A stretch of DNA of 64,000 nt from Nitrosopumilus sp. Its GTDB lineage: Archaea; Thermoproteota; Nitrososphaeria; Nitrososphaerales; Nitrosopumilaceae. Positions 1 to 9,700 of this stretch are shown in pieces. Below the pieces are notes generated by a model, which was not told the origin of the DNA, made no database searches, and saw only the letters and a list, made by a program, of their open reading frames with translations. The stretch is taken from positions 480,001-544,000 of the forward strand of contig OZ242041.1 in assembly GCA_965205215.1 (NCBI GenBank). Direction: 5' to 3'. Made by a program: the position numbers and the translations under genes. Each line of letters starts with the position of its first letter. Within the stretch, counting starts at the first letter, position 1.

Positions 1-899
1 TCTCCCAGCAGTTTCGGCCTGGCCAATGCCTGCGCGAATCCAATAATCGGAGTGAGCGGCGACTTTAGTTCGTGTGTAACCATCGACAGGAACTCTTCCT
101 TCATCTTGTCGATCTTCTCCTTCTCGCTGAGCATCTTCTTGGTTTCGTGCAACTTTGACGTGTCCTTTATGACCACGTTCCTCCCGATCATGAAGCCGTC
201 GTCGTCGTAGATGTTGGTTGGCGTCAGGAGTGCCGGAAACTCTGTCCCGTCCTTGCGCTTCATCCATATCTCCGAGTCTTTCTCCCTGCCTGTCTTTCTC
301 CAGGTTGCCATGTGTATGCGCAGGGTATCGACGCTCCTGTCTGCCGTATGCTCGATCAGGTTGCTGCCTATCACCTCGTCCTTGCTGTCGTATCCCAGGT
401 CCTTGAGGTAGGTTCTGTTGCAGTCTACGATCGTGCCGTTGTAGTTCACTGTCCTGTAGAGATCCGGAGATTTCTCGTACAGGCTCTCAAACTTTCTGAT
501 CATCACATACTTTTGGAACGTCTTTAGCTCGACAAAATCCATCATGACATCAGATATGCCCGCTACCCTGCCTCTGCTGTCAATGCTGGTGCTTATGGAT
601 GAGATCGTCTCAATCCTCTTTCCGTCCTTGGATACGATCCAAGTCTTGAGGGTTTTTGATTTTCTCGTCTCCTTCCACTCGTCGAATTCCCTGCGCATGT
701 CGGCCCTGTGGTCGGGAGGCGTATGCTCATCCATGCTCATCCCGATTACCTCGTCTATGGTGTAACCGAGCTTTTCAGCATACGCTTCGTTGCAGTCTAT
801 GATGATTCCGTCCATGTTTATCAATCGGCGCATTTCGTGTACCATCTTCTTGAGCTTGGGCTTGTCGACGTGTGTCTGCTCGGCCGTCGTGGATTCCAT
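1..899 (-). CDS. PAS-PAS sensor histidine kinase (3' end runs off window)
   Basis: Not in ORF track. Manual translation from ATG at 899 gives MESTTAEQ..., two PAS-like repeats (IIDCNEAYAEKLGY; IVDCNRTYLKDLGY...KRKDGTEFP) and the H-box KEEFLSMVTHELKSPLTPIIGF. Confidence 0.92.
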   Translation of the reverse strand, partial: MESTTAEQTHVDKPKLKKMVHEMRRLINMDGIIIDCNEAYAEKLGYTIDEVIGMSMDEHTPPDHRADMRREFDEWKETRKSKTLKTWIVSKDGKRIETISSISTSIDSRGRVAGISDVMMDFVELKTFQKYVMIRKFESLYEKSPDLYRTVNYNGTIVDCNRTYLKDLGYDSKDEVIGSNLIEHTADRSVDTLRIHMATWRKTGREKDSEIWMKRKDGTEFPALLTPTNIYDDDGFMIGRNVVIKDTSKLHETKKMLSEKEKIDKMKEEFLSMVTHELKSPLTPIIGFAQALARPKLLG

Positions 900-1301
900 T
901 TATGCCCATATTTTGCCTTGTAGTATATTTAGATTTTGAACACCCCGTGCCGTTGCAAAAGCGGCGCGCGGCGCGTTATGGCAGAGACTGGGACCCGGCC
1001 GGCCGCGCGCGACTTGCCGCAATGCGATTGGGATGTCACGACGTACCTGTGTAGCGTGCCTGTGCGCGCTGCATCCGCTCACCCCTGCCCATGCAGATCA
1101 ACGCATGAACGCAGACGCCAGGAGCGCCGCCCGTTTGCCAATTCCGTCTATGCGCACGCCCGCGGCCTCTGCCGGGGCCTTGCTGCCTTTCCCGTGTGCG
1201 GCTCTGTGCCGCTTTGGAGCCCGTAGAAATTGCCGACGGCGTGGCCGAATGCCTCCGGCCCATCCTAGCTTCCGCCTCCCTGCCCTGTCATCGATTTTTG
1301 C

Positions 1302-1682
1302 TCAAGCGGATGTGACTTCAGACGCAACCTTTTCCAGCAGGTCTGTTATCTGATCTATGTCTGCCGGCTTTGCCAGTATGGAATAAACGCCCTTCTTGCG
1401 TAGATCGACTTCTATGTCCTCTACGCCCAGATATGAAGCGGTGAAGAGAGTTACGCGCTGCTTCTTTATGATGCCGTCTTGTACAAGCGCGTCTATGACC
1501 TCAAGGCCTGTGAGGTTGGGCATTGACATGTCCAGAAAAACCAAGTCATATTCTTTGCTGCGTATAAGCTCGAGTCCCTCCTGGCCGTCGTGTGCAAGCT
1601 CGAGATTGTGCCCCATCGACTCTACGATGAGACTTATCAGATTTAGTATATCTTGGTTATCGTCAACTGCCAGTACCTTCAT
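1302..1682 (-). CDS. Stand-alone response regulator receiver (CheY-like)
   Basis: VLAVDD, LVFLDMSMP, FTAS and KP receiver motifs; no output domain. Confidence 0.93.
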   Translation of the reverse strand: MKVLAVDDNQDILNLISLIVESMGHNLELAHDGQEGLELIRSKEYDLVFLDMSMPNLTGLEVIDALVQDGIIKKQRVTLFTASYLGVEDIEVDLRKKGVYSILAKPADIDQITDLLEKVASEVTSA

Positions 1683-2140
1683 TGTTACAGATCCCCCGTT
1701 CTTGTGGAAAAGTGAAACGCGCCGCTATTCTTCATTTTATCTTTCCCGTTTCCCTCGGGCGCACCTGCCTCATACGGCAATACAGCACCCCGACGGATCA
1801 GCCATTTATTGGGATCTGCGTTTTCATATGCTGACGGTCTGCGCAGATTAAAGGACAACGTATCGTCCCCTGTGACATACCCGCCATTGAATTTGGACAA
1901 CTTGATGCTATTTCGCCCCCTTGGTTATGTATATGCTTTGCCGCGTGGCGGCCGTTACTGGTTGGGTTGAACGCAAGGCCAAACTTTCCCGGTCATCAGT
2001 TCTATGCGGTACTTGGCATACGCGAATGCGGTGTCAAACCCCTCGAGGTCAAGCTGTTGCGAGGCGGGCTTGCGCGGGTCATAGCGTAGGTCAAGGGAGG
2101 GACGAGGCCTTGGAGCGGCAGTATCCAGATTGAGCAGCTG

Positions 2141-2506
2141 GTGGGGGGGGGGGGAGGAGGGGGCAGCTGGACAAGGGAGGCGGGGCGCTCCGCATACTAC
2201 GAGGACCCGCACAGCCGGCCGTCGACGAACTTCCCGAAACGGAAGAGGGCCTCAAGGAAGGATCCGACAGACTACAAGAGGCCCAGACGGAGGCCGGGGC
2301 ACAGGGGCGTCTCGCACGGCCGCAAGTCATCGCCGACCATACACCACGCCTCCAAGGCGTGCCGGGGATGTAGCAGCGGCAGGTTGGAGGCGGGCCGCAT
2401 CGCGGACACGAGGCAGGCCACCGACGTCCCGCTCGCGCGTGGGCAACGATCGCCTCCCGCGCGGCGCGCGACGGGGGTGCGCGGGATTGTCGGGCGGGGC
2501 CCCTAA
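2141..2506 (+). pseudogene. Probable IS66-family transposase N-terminal remnant
   Basis: YYEDPHSRPS...RRRPGHRGVSH...TIHH..ACRGC...RQATDVP resembles the IS66 transposase N-terminus/zinc finger; lies in an ~857 bp segment absent from duplication copy 2; no DDE domain. Confidence 0.55.
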
Positions 2507-2913
2507 CCCCGGGGCCGACGGGACGACGTACGGGTTTCTGCACGCTGGATCCGGCACGGTTCGTTCTTGGTCGGCATGTACCATATTATCTCAAGCGTGT
2601 GGCGCGCCACGGCCACCTTGCCTTGCTCGCCCCGCGCCGCTTCTTGTTTTCGCGCATGCCTTTGCCATCCTCGCCCCGCGCCGCATCGTGGTGGCGGCAG
2701 CCTCGACTGTGGCGCTGCGCATCCACTTGGAGCCCCCCTTATTATGCCGCTCCCGCGGTAGGTCGACGCGCCGTTGTGGCGCGACGGCATAACGCCGCAA
2801 CCGCGTCAGCATAGGTGCGTGCTGACGTGGAGGAAGCGGAACCTCGGCGTGTCAGACATGCTGTTGAAGGACTTGGGCGGAATCGAATCAATAACCTGTG
2901 GGCCACGCCCATC

Positions 2914-2928
2914 GAAAATATATTCAAG
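2914..2928 (+). promoter_or_regulatory. Putative BRE/TATA promoter of MFS copy 1
   Basis: GAAAATATATTCAAG is identical in both copies (also 5660-5674), with the TATA about 25 bp upstream of an in-frame GTG. Confidence 0.55.
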
Positions 2929-2946
2929 ACGTTTGCCACACGTTAC

Positions 2947-4488
2947 GTGCGCCGGACTACGTATCTGTTGTTATCTGCATCACTACTGGTCGGCTTCGTT
3001 TGGGGTATACGCGCCCCAATAGTGCCAATCTTTGCCGCCAACGAGTTGGGTGCGACCTACAGTGATATCGGAATGATAGTAACTGTGACTTGTCTGCCGT
3101 ATATTCTGGTACCGCTGGCGCTAGGGATCGTGCTGGGTCGCATAAACGACAAATACCTGCTTACGGCGGGCTTTGCAACGTCTGCCCTGGCGATGTACCT
3201 GATATCCACCTCGACCACCATAACGGAGCTCACGCTGTACTGCCTCCTATTGGGCTTTGCATACTCCCTGATATGGCCCCCGGCGATACACGCCGTCTCC
3301 CAAAACCCCGAGACGAGGGTAAGGCTCACGGCGATGCTCACGATGTGCCGCGTGATAGGCTTTATGATAGGACCGCTGGTCGGATCGTTCATACTAGGAG
3401 CGTTCGGAGTGGATGACCGTACGCTCCTTCTGATTACAGCAATCATAACAAGTACCGGAATTGTCTTGATCGTACTAAATTACCCGCATCACAAGTCAAA
3501 GGGAGTCCAGCTAGATCTTCGCCTGTTCAAGGAGGTACTGAAATTTCCAGTACAGGTTACAGTACTGATATACAGCACCGTCACATTCGGCTTGGTTCTG
3601 TCACTGTATCCGGTATTTATACAGGAGCATGGATTCGACGCCGCCGCCGTAATGCAGCTGTATGCCGTCTTTGGGATCACCAGGATTTTAGGATCGTTTC
3701 TGGCAAAGAAGCTGGCCGAACACAGAAGGGAGACACTTCTGCTGTCCACGTCGTGCGTGATCATAGCCATGGCCGTATCAATGATGGCCACCACCTTTGC
3801 AGAGTTTGTCGTTGCTATGCTGTTGCTGGGATTTGGATTCATTTCCATATATCCGGTGACTCTCGACATGCTACTGGCCGGTTCCAAAAAGTTCACCGCT
3901 GGGAGAATGATAGGGACGTACGAGGGGCTGTACGGGATAGGACTGGTGGTGGGCCCGTTTGTAAGCGGTTACATCGGGTACACCCTGGGTTCGGACAGCC
4001 TTTACTTGATTCTGATTGCTACAGGAGCAGCCGTATTGCTGTTGACGTTCCTGTATCGCAACAAAATGCGTACTACAATAGCCTTGATCAAATACGACGC
4101 CGAATCCCGGAAGAGCAGGGCCATATTCGTCAAGCAGGAGCTCAAGAACCAACTTGGAGTAATACTCATGAGTATCGGCCTGATAAACATGTGTCTCAAA
4201 AAGGCTGGCACGTACGATTCCGTCCAATCTTCCATCGCAGACGCATCCAAGACCATGAACCTGACTACAACCCGCGCCAACGAGATGATAGGCGAGTCAA
4301 ACGACATCATGCATTCCGAGCTGATTCAGGAGATACGCGACACCCTGTCCAAGATAGGCGAGATCGATCCAATGTCGGGAGTGGGCAAAGGTTATCCTGA
4401 CTATGACAATATCAAAAAGATGGTGACGTACTGCTCAGACAGGTTAGATCGCAACATAACCGACGATGCCGTACTAAAGGACTATTGA
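2947..4488 (+). CDS. MFS transporter with C-terminal cytoplasmic pseudo-HisKA-like tail (copy 1)
   Basis: About 12 hydrophobic segments with MFS-type spacing, then a ~140 aa soluble tail containing FVKQELKNQLGVIL; start moved to the GTG shared by both copies (ORF track start 2815). Confidence 0.88.
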   Translation: MRRTTYLLLSASLLVGFVWGIRAPIVPIFAANELGATYSDIGMIVTVTCLPYILVPLALGIVLGRINDKYLLTAGFATSALAMYLISTSTTITELTLYCLLLGFAYSLIWPPAIHAVSQNPETRVRLTAMLTMCRVIGFMIGPLVGSFILGAFGVDDRTLLLITAIITSTGIVLIVLNYPHHKSKGVQLDLRLFKEVLKFPVQVTVLIYSTVTFGLVLSLYPVFIQEHGFDAAAVMQLYAVFGITRILGSFLAKKLAEHRRETLLLSTSCVIIAMAVSMMATTFAEFVVAMLLLGFGFISIYPVTLDMLLAGSKKFTAGRMIGTYEGLYGIGLVVGPFVSGYIGYTLGSDSLYLILIATGAAVLLLTFLYRNKMRTTIALIKYDAESRKSRAIFVKQELKNQLGVILMSIGLINMCLKKAGTYDSVQSSIADASKTMNLTTTRANEMIGESNDIMHSELIQEIRDTLSKIGEIDPMSGVGKGYPDYDNIKKMVTYCSDRLDRNITDDAVLKDY

Positions 4489-4852
4489 ACGCGTGGCAAG
4501 CCCCTTGACATGGCTGCGTAGTCAACGAGCCAAATAACAGAACATTATCACAGCCGGGATCCCTTCCCCCTGCAGCTGCGTTGGCGGATTCCTGCACTCT
4601 TCCGCGCTCTCCGTGGGCGCGGGGTGGATAAAAGAGGGAGGAGAGCGGGCGGTTGCCCTTTCCGGGGGGGGTTTATAGTCAAGCAACTGACAATCCATGG
4701 TTGTCGGATACGCGATTTATACGCCCCCGTGCTGCAGTACACCATAATGAACGCGATAGGCGATGGACTCTGTCCAGTCTTGGTGACCTGGGCGGGACTG
4801 TCAAATAGGTGACCTGTCCGTGATCTGTTTCAAATTGGGTTGCTGACTACGA

Positions 4853-5363
4853 GTGATGCGCCGTTACTTGTCCGCGGATCTCGGCTCCCTGGTGCATGCA
4901 GAAGAGACGCCATCGGGAGGCGTACCGTCGTGGGTGAAGGACACAGCGGGCTTTTGGTCACAAGGTCTGATAGACGACGGTGCGTTTGTCAACGCCATCC
5001 AGTACTTGGTCGAACAAGGAATCATAACACTTTCAACAATGCAGGCGCAGAATCAGGAATCAGCAGAGACGATCTCGGCACTGTATGAACACGTCGGGCG
5101 CCTCAAGGCAGACAACAAGAAACTTGAGGAGATGAACGAGGTGCTTGAGCACGAGATCGAGTTTTTACGGAATACCGAACAGTGTCTAGTTGACTGCGGC
5201 GTTAACTTTGCGGTGACGTCCTGCGAGGCGACGTCCAGTTACGCGCACGTGAAAGGAATCGTACAAAACACGGGTAAGGAGACACTTAGGCTGGAGTACA
5301 CGGCCTATCTGACGGATGCCTTCAGTAACGGGGTGGCGATTGACTCTGGAATGATAAATTCCC
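4853..5363 (+). pseudogene. Fragment of a thaumarchaeal secreted-type protein (PSWVK...WWxxG..I.D..F..AIQYL repeat + coiled coil + truncated FxLYD-like domain)
   Basis: VPSWVKDTAGFWSQGLIDDGAFVNAIQYLVEQGII; no signal peptide; frame runs into duplication copy 2 at about 5364. Confidence 0.6.
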
Positions 5364-7829
5364 TCGGGTGCGCCTGCCTCATCAGGCAATACAGCACCCC
5401 CGACGGATTAGCCATTTATTGGAATCTACATTTCCATACACTAGCGGTCTGCGCAGATCAAAGGGCAGCGTGTCGACTCCTGTGACATGTCCACCATTGA
5501 ATCTGGACAGCCTGGTGCTATTTCGTCTCCTTGGTTGCGTATATGCTTTGCCGCATGATGGCTGTGACTGCGCGCTGGCGTGAAGCGGAACCTCGACGTA
5601 CCATACGTGCTGCTGAAGGCCTTGCGCGGAGCCTGCTCAATGGCCTGTGGTTCACAATCGAAAATATATTCAAGTGCCTGCCATACGTTACGTGCACCGG
5701 ACTACGCATCTGTTGCTATCTGCATCACTACTGGTCGGCTTCGTTTGGGGTATGCGCGCCCCAATAATACCAATCTTTGCCGCCAACGAGTTGGGTGCGA
5801 CCTACATTGATATCGGAGTGATAGTAACGGTGACTTGCCTACCATATGTTCTGGTACCGCTGGCGCTAGGGATCGTGCTGGGTCGCATAAACGACAAATA
5901 CCTGCTTGCGGCGGGCTTTGCAGCGTCTGCTGTATCGTTGTACCTGATATCCACCTCGACCACCATAACGGAGCTCACGCTGTACTGCCTCCTATTGGGC
6001 CTTTCATACTCTCTGATATGGCCACCAGCGATACACGCCGTCTCCCAAAACCCCGACACTAGGGTAAAGCTCACGACGAAGCTCATGATGTGCCGCGTGA
6101 TAGGCTTTATGATAGGACCGCTGGTCGGATCACTCATACTGGGGACGTTCGGGGTGGATGACCGTACGCTCCTTCTGATCACGGCATGCATAACAAGTGT
6201 CGGAGTTATCCTGTTCGTACTAAATTACCCGCATCACAAGTCAAAGGGAGTCCAGCTAGATCCTCGTCTGTTCAAGGAGGTACTGAAATTTCCAGTGCAG
6301 GTTACAGTACTGCTATACAGCACCGTCACATTCGGCTTGGTCTTGTCACTGTATCCGGTATTTATACAGGAGCATGGATTCGACGCCGCCGCCGTAATGC
6401 AGCTATACGCCGTCTTTGGAATCACCAAAGTTTTAGGATCGTTTCTGGCAAAGAGGTTGGTCGTACACAGAAGGAAAATACTTCCGCTGTCTACGTCGTG
6501 CGTGATCGCAGCCATGGCCGTATCCATGGCGGCCACCACCTTTGCAGAGTTTGTTGTTGCTATGCTGTTGCTGGGATTTGGACTTGTTTCCATATATCCG
6601 GTGATTCTCGACATGATACTGGCCGGCTCCAAAAAGCTCGCCGCTGGAAGAGTGATAGGGGCGTATGAGGGACTGTACGGAATAGGGCTGGTGGTGGGCC
6701 CGCTTGTAAGCGGTTACATCGGGTACACCCTGGGTGCGGACAGCCTTTACCTGATTCTGCTTGCTACAGGGTTGGCCGTACTGTTGTTAACGTTCCTGTA
6801 TCGCAACAAAATGCGTACTGCGCTAACCGTACTCAAACAAGACGCCAAATCCCAGAAGAACAGGGCCATATTCGTCAAGCAGGAGCTAAAGAACCAACTT
6901 GGAGTAATACTCCTGGGTATCGGCCTGATGGACAGGCGCCTCAAGAGTCCTGGCACGTACAACTCCATCCAGTCTGATATCGCAGATGCATACAGGACTG
7001 TGAACATTAATAGAACCCGCGTCAACGACGTGGTAAATGACGCAGACGATATCATACATTCTGCGCTAGTCAAGGAGATACGCGACACCCTGTCAAAGAT
7101 AGGCAAGATAGATCCAATATCGGGGGCGGGCAAAGGTTACCCTGACTATGACAATATCAAAGAAATGATAGCGTCTTGTACAGACGGGTTAGAACGCAGC
7201 ATAAGTGACGATGCTGTACTAAAGTGACTGTTGAATGCATGATAAAGCGCCTTGACGCGGCTTCGTAGCCAGCGAGCCAAATAATAGAATATCTCCACAA
7301 CCGGAATCTCTTCCCCCTGCAGCATTGGATTCCTGCACCTCTTCCACACTCTCATACAGGCGGTTCCCGATCGCCCTTGTGCGTGTGACCCCCGCTGTCC
7401 TTCCGCCGGATTTGTCCCCGGCGCGTACAGTACATGGAAGTACTGCCGGGACTGTCAAAGCTGCTTGACAGGCGGCAGGCGCTGCACGCGGCCGGCACAG
7501 CCGATGTGGCCAGGACGCCCGGCATCCACGATCAGTCCTGTCGGTAATCGGTGTGGTGGCCGGGAGGGAAGACCAGAAAGAGCGCCAACGCGTCCTCCGG
7601 TGTCCGCCCGCGCGTTCTGGGCTGGCCCGTGCCCTAATCTGCACCCGCTCTCAATGGGCGCGGGGTGGATAAGAAGGGAGGGGGGGGGGGAGGGAGAGGA
7701 GCGGCGGAGAGTTGGACGGTTACCCTCTCCTAGGGATTAGTCAAGTAAACTGACAATTCCCGACATGCCGGATACGCGATTTATACGCCCCCGTGTTTGC
7801 AGTACGCTGTAATGGACGCGATAGGCGAC
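5364..7829 (+). repeat. Diverged tandem duplication, copy 2
   Basis: Homologous to 1755-4764 without the 1961-2817 insert, plus an extra ~300 bp at 7354-7652. Confidence 0.9.
5692..7227 (+). CDS. MFS transporter with C-terminal pseudo-HisKA-like tail (copy 2)
   Basis: Clear paralogue of 2947-4488; frame intact from GTG 5692. Confidence 0.88.
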   Translation: MHRTTHLLLSASLLVGFVWGMRAPIIPIFAANELGATYIDIGVIVTVTCLPYVLVPLALGIVLGRINDKYLLAAGFAASAVSLYLISTSTTITELTLYCLLLGLSYSLIWPPAIHAVSQNPDTRVKLTTKLMMCRVIGFMIGPLVGSLILGTFGVDDRTLLLITACITSVGVILFVLNYPHHKSKGVQLDPRLFKEVLKFPVQVTVLLYSTVTFGLVLSLYPVFIQEHGFDAAAVMQLYAVFGITKVLGSFLAKRLVVHRRKILPLSTSCVIAAMAVSMAATTFAEFVVAMLLLGFGLVSIYPVILDMILAGSKKLAAGRVIGAYEGLYGIGLVVGPLVSGYIGYTLGADSLYLILLATGLAVLLLTFLYRNKMRTALTVLKQDAKSQKNRAIFVKQELKNQLGVILLGIGLMDRRLKSPGTYNSIQSDIADAYRTVNINRTRVNDVVNDADDIIHSALVKEIRDTLSKIGKIDPISGAGKGYPDYDNIKEMIASCTDGLERSISDDAVLK

Positions 7830-8321
7830 GCGCTGGGAGAACTGTGCAAGATCGTACTGCCCATACGGCCAGAGTCGTATCGCGGAAACCCTCAGTCCGC
7901 GGTTGCCGTCTGTACCCTGTCTGACATTACTCTGCTTGACGATCTGGCCTCCGATCCCGGCGTACTCGGGCGAGTCAACATAGTGGGCCGCCTCCTGTCA
8001 GAGAACAGGGGCATTGACGCCATGCTGGGATACCTGCACGCCAACCCTCACGTGCGCACGGTGATAGTATGCGGAGCAGACGGGGCGGGACACCGCGCGG
8101 GGCACTCCCTGCTCATGCTTCACAGGTACGGCGTTGACCATGACAGCGGCTACGGCAGCAGCGCAGCAAACCGGATAGCGCGCTCGCGCAGCCCCGAGCC
8201 GTATATTACTGCCAGCCCTGATCAGATCGGACACTTTCGTGGCGACATATCCATAGTCGACATGACGGGCACCTCCGACCGCACGGAGGTACTAAGATGC
8301 ATAGGGCGGTACTGCGCGTAG
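7812..8321 (+). CDS. MtrA-like (tetrahydromethanopterin S-methyltransferase subunit A-like) protein
   Basis: GNPQSAVAVCTLS, GRLLSENRGID, ANPHVRTVIVCG..GHRAGHSLLMLH..GVD; TTTATA at 7780 upstream. Confidence 0.8.
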   Translation: MDAIGDALGELCKIVLPIRPESYRGNPQSAVAVCTLSDITLLDDLASDPGVLGRVNIVGRLLSENRGIDAMLGYLHANPHVRTVIVCGADGAGHRAGHSLLMLHRYGVDHDSGYGSSAANRIARSRSPEPYITASPDQIGHFRGDISIVDMTGTSDRTEVLRCIGRYCA

Positions 8322-8346
8322 GCGCCCGCGCGGCCAGCCCCCGCAG

Positions 8347-8745
8347 CTAGTACCCGTCCCTCTGCCTGTCCCTGTTGATCTCGTTTTTGCGCCTATACTC
8401 TGCCAGTATGTCGTCCGGCGTCAGTCCAAGCTCTAGCGATGCCTGTATTACAAAGTGCCATATGTCTATCAGCTCCTCCCTTGCCTCTGTTGTGTCAAAC
8501 TCAGTCGGCGTCTTCCACCACTTCCAGTTGGTGGTGCGCTGCAGCTCCACTGCCTCGTGCATGATCGCGGTGCAGAGGGCCGACACCCTGTCCTCCGTGC
8601 CCTCCGGGTACCTGCCATGCCTCATCATTGAGGCCAGCCCCCTCTGCAGCTCGAATATCTCCTCCAGGCGGTCTGCCGCCGCCGCCGGAGCGTCAGGTTC
8701 GGTCCGCCGCCCGTCTCCGTCCTCATGCGACACATGGCTCACCAT
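8347..8745 (-). CDS. All-alpha dimeric dUTPase / MazG-like NTP pyrophosphatase
   Basis: HEAVEL..TNWKWWK...EELIDIWHF...KNEINRDRQ..GY. Confidence 0.85.
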   Translation of the reverse strand: MVSHVSHEDGDGRRTEPDAPAAAADRLEEIFELQRGLASMMRHGRYPEGTEDRVSALCTAIMHEAVELQRTTNWKWWKTPTEFDTTEAREELIDIWHFVIQASLELGLTPDDILAEYRRKNEINRDRQRDGY

Positions 8746-8785
8746 ACCGCGCCGTTCCCATATCCGTCACCATCATAACCAACCC

Positions 8786-9691
8786 TCAATGCGGAAACGA
8801 GCTTGTATACTTGTCTGCGCGCCCCGTTATCGCGCCCTTTCTGCCTGCCCCAAGGAGCCCGTCCAGCCCGTACCTTTCGACTGCAAACGATCCCATGACG
8901 TTTCCAAAAATCATGGCGCGCTTGAGATCCCGCACCCGTATCACGCCGCTGTCCAGGCTTGCCAGGTATCCCATCATGGCGCCCGCAAAGGCGTCCCCCG
9001 CCCCGGTGGGGTCCACCACCTTTTCAAGCAGGTATCCCGGCGCGGCCACCACCTTCTGCTTGTAGAACATGAGCGCGCCGTGCTCCCCCTTTTTTATAAT
9101 CAGGAACGGGACGCCGCTCTCCCTCCGGATCTTTTTTGCGCACCGCGCCAGGTTGTCCTCTCCCGCAAGCAGCCTGGCCTCCGAGTCGTTCATTATGGCC
9201 GCGTCCGTCCGCTTCATCAGCTTTATGACCGAGCTGCGCTTTGTCTTTATCCAAAAGTCGATCGTGTCGCACATGGAGAACCTCGCACGCCCAAACTTTT
9301 CGAGCAGCGCCAGATTCTGATCCGGGTCGTTGTTTGCAAGGTACACGTACCGCGACGAGGCATACGTGCCGGGAAGCGTGGGCCTGAACCCGTCAAGCAC
9401 GTTGAGCTCGGTCTTTATCGTGGTTCTGGTGCTGAGCGTCCTGTCGTACCTGCCGTCGTACCTGAATGTCTTGCCGGGCCTGGTGACCAGCCCGTCAAGA
9501 ACCGCGTGCCTGCCCAGGGTGCGGCGGTCCCTCTCCGGCAGGTCGGTTCCCACCACGGCGACGAGCCCCGTCTTTGCAAAACGGCTTGCCGATACGGCGG
9601 CGTATGACGCGGCTCCACCTAGGACGTTTTTGAGGGTCCTTTTCGGCGTCCTTATGGTGTCAAGGGCCACTGAACCGAAGACGGTCAGCAT
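8786..9691 (-). CDS. PfkB family sugar/nucleoside kinase
   Basis: GSVALD, GGAASY, VVDPTGAGDAFAGA signature. Confidence 0.92.
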   Translation of the reverse strand: MLTVFGSVALDTIRTPKRTLKNVLGGAASYAAVSASRFAKTGLVAVVGTDLPERDRRTLGRHAVLDGLVTRPGKTFRYDGRYDRTLSTRTTIKTELNVLDGFRPTLPGTYASSRYVYLANNDPDQNLALLEKFGRARFSMCDTIDFWIKTKRSSVIKLMKRTDAAIMNDSEARLLAGEDNLARCAKKIRRESGVPFLIIKKGEHGALMFYKQKVVAAPGYLLEKVVDPTGAGDAFAGAMMGYLASLDSGVIRVRDLKRAMIFGNVMGSFAVERYGLDGLLGAGRKGAITGRADKYTSSFPH

Positions 9692-9700
9692 GAATGCGCG

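Larger units (their letters stand above)
1755..4764 (+). repeat. Diverged tandem duplication, copy 1 (upstream region + MFS gene + first codons of the MtrA-like gene)
   Basis: 1755-1960 aligns to about 5364-5570; 2818-4610 aligns to 5571-7353; 4600-4764 aligns to 7644-7829 (MNAIGD vs MDAIGD). Confidence 0.9.

Noticed and set aside
1685-1900. 71-aa minus-strand ORF upstream of the receiver
   Set aside because: The duplicate at about 5364-5530 has many non-synonymous changes and a frameshift, so there is no sign of coding constraint
2815-2946. N-terminal extension of MFS copy 1 in the ORF track
   Set aside because: Copy 2 has a 1-nt indel here, and a conserved TATA-like box points to the GTG at 2947
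7671-7705. Poly-G tract as a phase-variation or G-quadruplex switch (also 2143-2154)
   Set aside because: Intergenic, not conserved in the duplicate copy, and not clearly placed within promoter elements
7812-8321. Evidence of methanogenesis from the MtrA-like gene
   Set aside because: Stand-alone homologue with no other mtr or mcr genes; the context is an ammonia-oxidiser-type genome
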